From Squalus acanthias (lineage: Eukaryota): a stretch of 64,000 nt of DNA. Below are positions 61,975-64,000 of the stretch, piece after piece. The position numbers and the translations under genes were made by a program. The stretch spans positions 1,364,001-1,428,000 of the forward strand of contig JASTWF010000048.1 in NCBI GenBank assembly GCA_030390025.1, read 5' to 3'. How positions within the stretch are numbered: position 1 is the stretch's first letter; each line of letters opens with the position of its first letter. The notes under the pieces are model-generated. The model worked only from the letters and a program-made list of their open reading frames with translations. It did no database searches and was not told the origin of the DNA.

Positions 61975-63510
61975 ACATCTCATAGACTCATAGAGTTATA
62001 CAGCACAGATAGAGGCCCTGCGGCACATCGTGTCCGCGCCGGCCATCAAGCCCTGTCTATTTGAATCCCATTTTCGAGCACTTGTTCCGTAGCCTTGTAT
62101 GCTATGGCGTTTCAAGTGCTCATCAAATGCTTCATGAATATTGTGAGGGTTCCTGCCTCTACCACCCTTTGAGGCAGTGAGTTCCAGATTACAACCACCC
62201 TCTGGGTCAAATGGTTTTTCCTCAAATCCCCTCTAACCCGCCTGCCCCTTACCTTGAAACTATGCCCCCTGGTTATTGACCCCTCTACTTAGGGGAAAAG
62301 TTCCTTTCTATCTATCCTATCTATTCCCCTCATAATTTTGTACACCTCAATCAGGTCCCCCCCTCATCTTTCTCTGCTCTAAGGAAAACAATCCCAGCCT
62401 GTCCAGTCTCTCTTCATAGCTGAAGCGCTCCAGCCCAGGTAACATCCTGGTGAATCTCCTCTGCACCCTCTCCCATGCAATCACATACTTCCTATAGTGT
62501 GGCGACCAAAACTGAACACTGTATTCCAGCTGTGGCCTACCTAGCGATTTGTACAGCTCCATCATAACATACCTGCTCTTATATTTTATGCGTCGGCTAA
62601 TGAAGGCAAGTATCCCATATGCCTTTTTAAACAACATATCTACCTGTCCTGCTGCCTTCAGGGATCTATGTACATGCACACCACGGTCACTCTGATCCTC
62701 TGTCATTCCTAGGGTCCTACCATTCATTGTGTATTCCCTTGCCTTGTTAGACCTCCCAAAATGCATCACCTCACACTTTTCAGGGTTAAATTCAATTTAC
62801 CACTGTTCTGCCCATCTGATCAAACCGTCTATATCGTCCTGTCGCCTGAGGCTTCCGTCCTCGCTATTTACCACCCCATCAATGTTCGTGTCATCTGCAA
62901 ATTTACTGATCATACCTCCTACATTCATATCTAAATAATTAATGCACAATACATACAGCAAAGTACCCAGCACCAATCCCTGCGATACACCTGTGAACAC
63001 AGGATTCCAGTCACAAAAACAGCCTTCGACCATCACCCTCTGCCTCCTGCCACAAAGCCAATTTTGGATCCAATGTGCCAAGTTGCCCTGGATCCCATGG
63101 GTTCTTACCTTATTGACCAGTCTCCCATGCGGGACTTTGTCAAAAGCCTTACTGAAGTCCATGTAGACTACATCAACTGCACTACCATCATCCACACACC
63201 GAGTCACCCCCTCGAAAAATTCAATCAAATTGGTCAGACATGATCTCCCCCTGACAAAGCCTTGCTGACTATCCTTGATTAATCATTGCCTCTCCAAGTG
63301 GAGACTGATTCTGTCCCTCAGAATTTTTCCAATAATTTCCCTACCACTGATGTTAGGCTCACTGGCCTGTAATTCCCTGGCTTTTCCCTACTACCCTTCT
63401 TGAATAATAGTAATACGTTAGCGGTTCTCCACTCCTCTGGCACCTCCCCTGTGGCCAGAGAGGTTCTGAAAATTTGTGTCAGAGCCCCTGCAATCTCCTC
63501 CATTGCCTCA
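61975..63510 (-). mobile_element. CR1 LINE RT/3' fragment
   Basis: ORFs 63318-63503 (YRPVSLTSVVGK), 62797-63228 (DFSKAFDKVPH, KFADD) and 62347-62769. Confidence 0.88.
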
Positions 63511-64000
63511 CATTTATGGACAATGGGAACTAAAGGGTTAAATGCTTCGCTGCACTACACTGCATTCTTGGAAAACACTTCAAAAGAGCACGAGAGTCTT
63601 GTACAGAAGTAGGCTAACGGTTTTAAACATATTCTCAAACTGCCTTCAGGAAGCAGGTGCTCCGACTTGAAAAGCATCTGGGGAGCGTCTCGTCTTTGCA
63701 CAGTATGAAACATCGATGACACGTTTAAGGGGTCGAAGATTAACCATTTACTATTTGAACGAGTTTGTGCCCCTTATGGCATTGAAGGGCAAGGGGAGAT
63801 TTGCAACAGGAGTTCAAAATCAGGAACGATTTTGATAAACTAAATAAGGAGCAACTTGTATCTAACGGCAGGAGGGTCGAAAACCAGAGGAGACAGGTTT
63901 AAGTTAATTGGCAAAAGAACCAGATGAGTAGAATTTGTCTTTCAGCGAGTTGTCTGGAATTCACTGCTTCAAAGAGTGGAGGAAGCAGATTCAGGAATAT

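Noticed and set aside
61474-62064. Poly-X ORFs
   Set aside because: Artefact of the N gap.

Overview
Vertebrate genomic DNA, almost certainly from a cartilaginous fish (Deu-domain/SacSINE1-like SINEs, abundant CR1, L2 and Penelope elements). The window is part of a T-cell receptor V-segment array, most consistent with TCR-beta. All V segments lie on the minus strand as leader exon + intron + V exon + 23-bp-spacer RSS. They are arranged as a tandemly amplified three-gene cassette: family A (YYCAWSL, WYRW), family B (YYCAWRL) and family C (YFCAA[T/S]DG). A and B resemble mammalian TRBV30; C is a conventional TRBV. I find 12 V exons (A1-A4, B1-B4, C1, C2, C4, C5), a leader whose V lies outside the window (C0), and an orphan leader/promoter left by a deletion (C3). 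A2, A3, A4, C1 and C4 look intact; A1 has an ACG start; C2, C5 and all four B copies carry disabling lesions. No D, J or C segments were seen. Spacer DNA is mostly TE-derived: a SINE with an internally expanded 33-bp minisatellite upstream of every C promoter, a nearly intact CR1 ORF2, a Penelope GIY-YIG element with a hammerhead-like motif, and a 416-bp assembly gap where the next A gene is expected. Gene names A/B/C are my labels, and all comparisons were made by eye.
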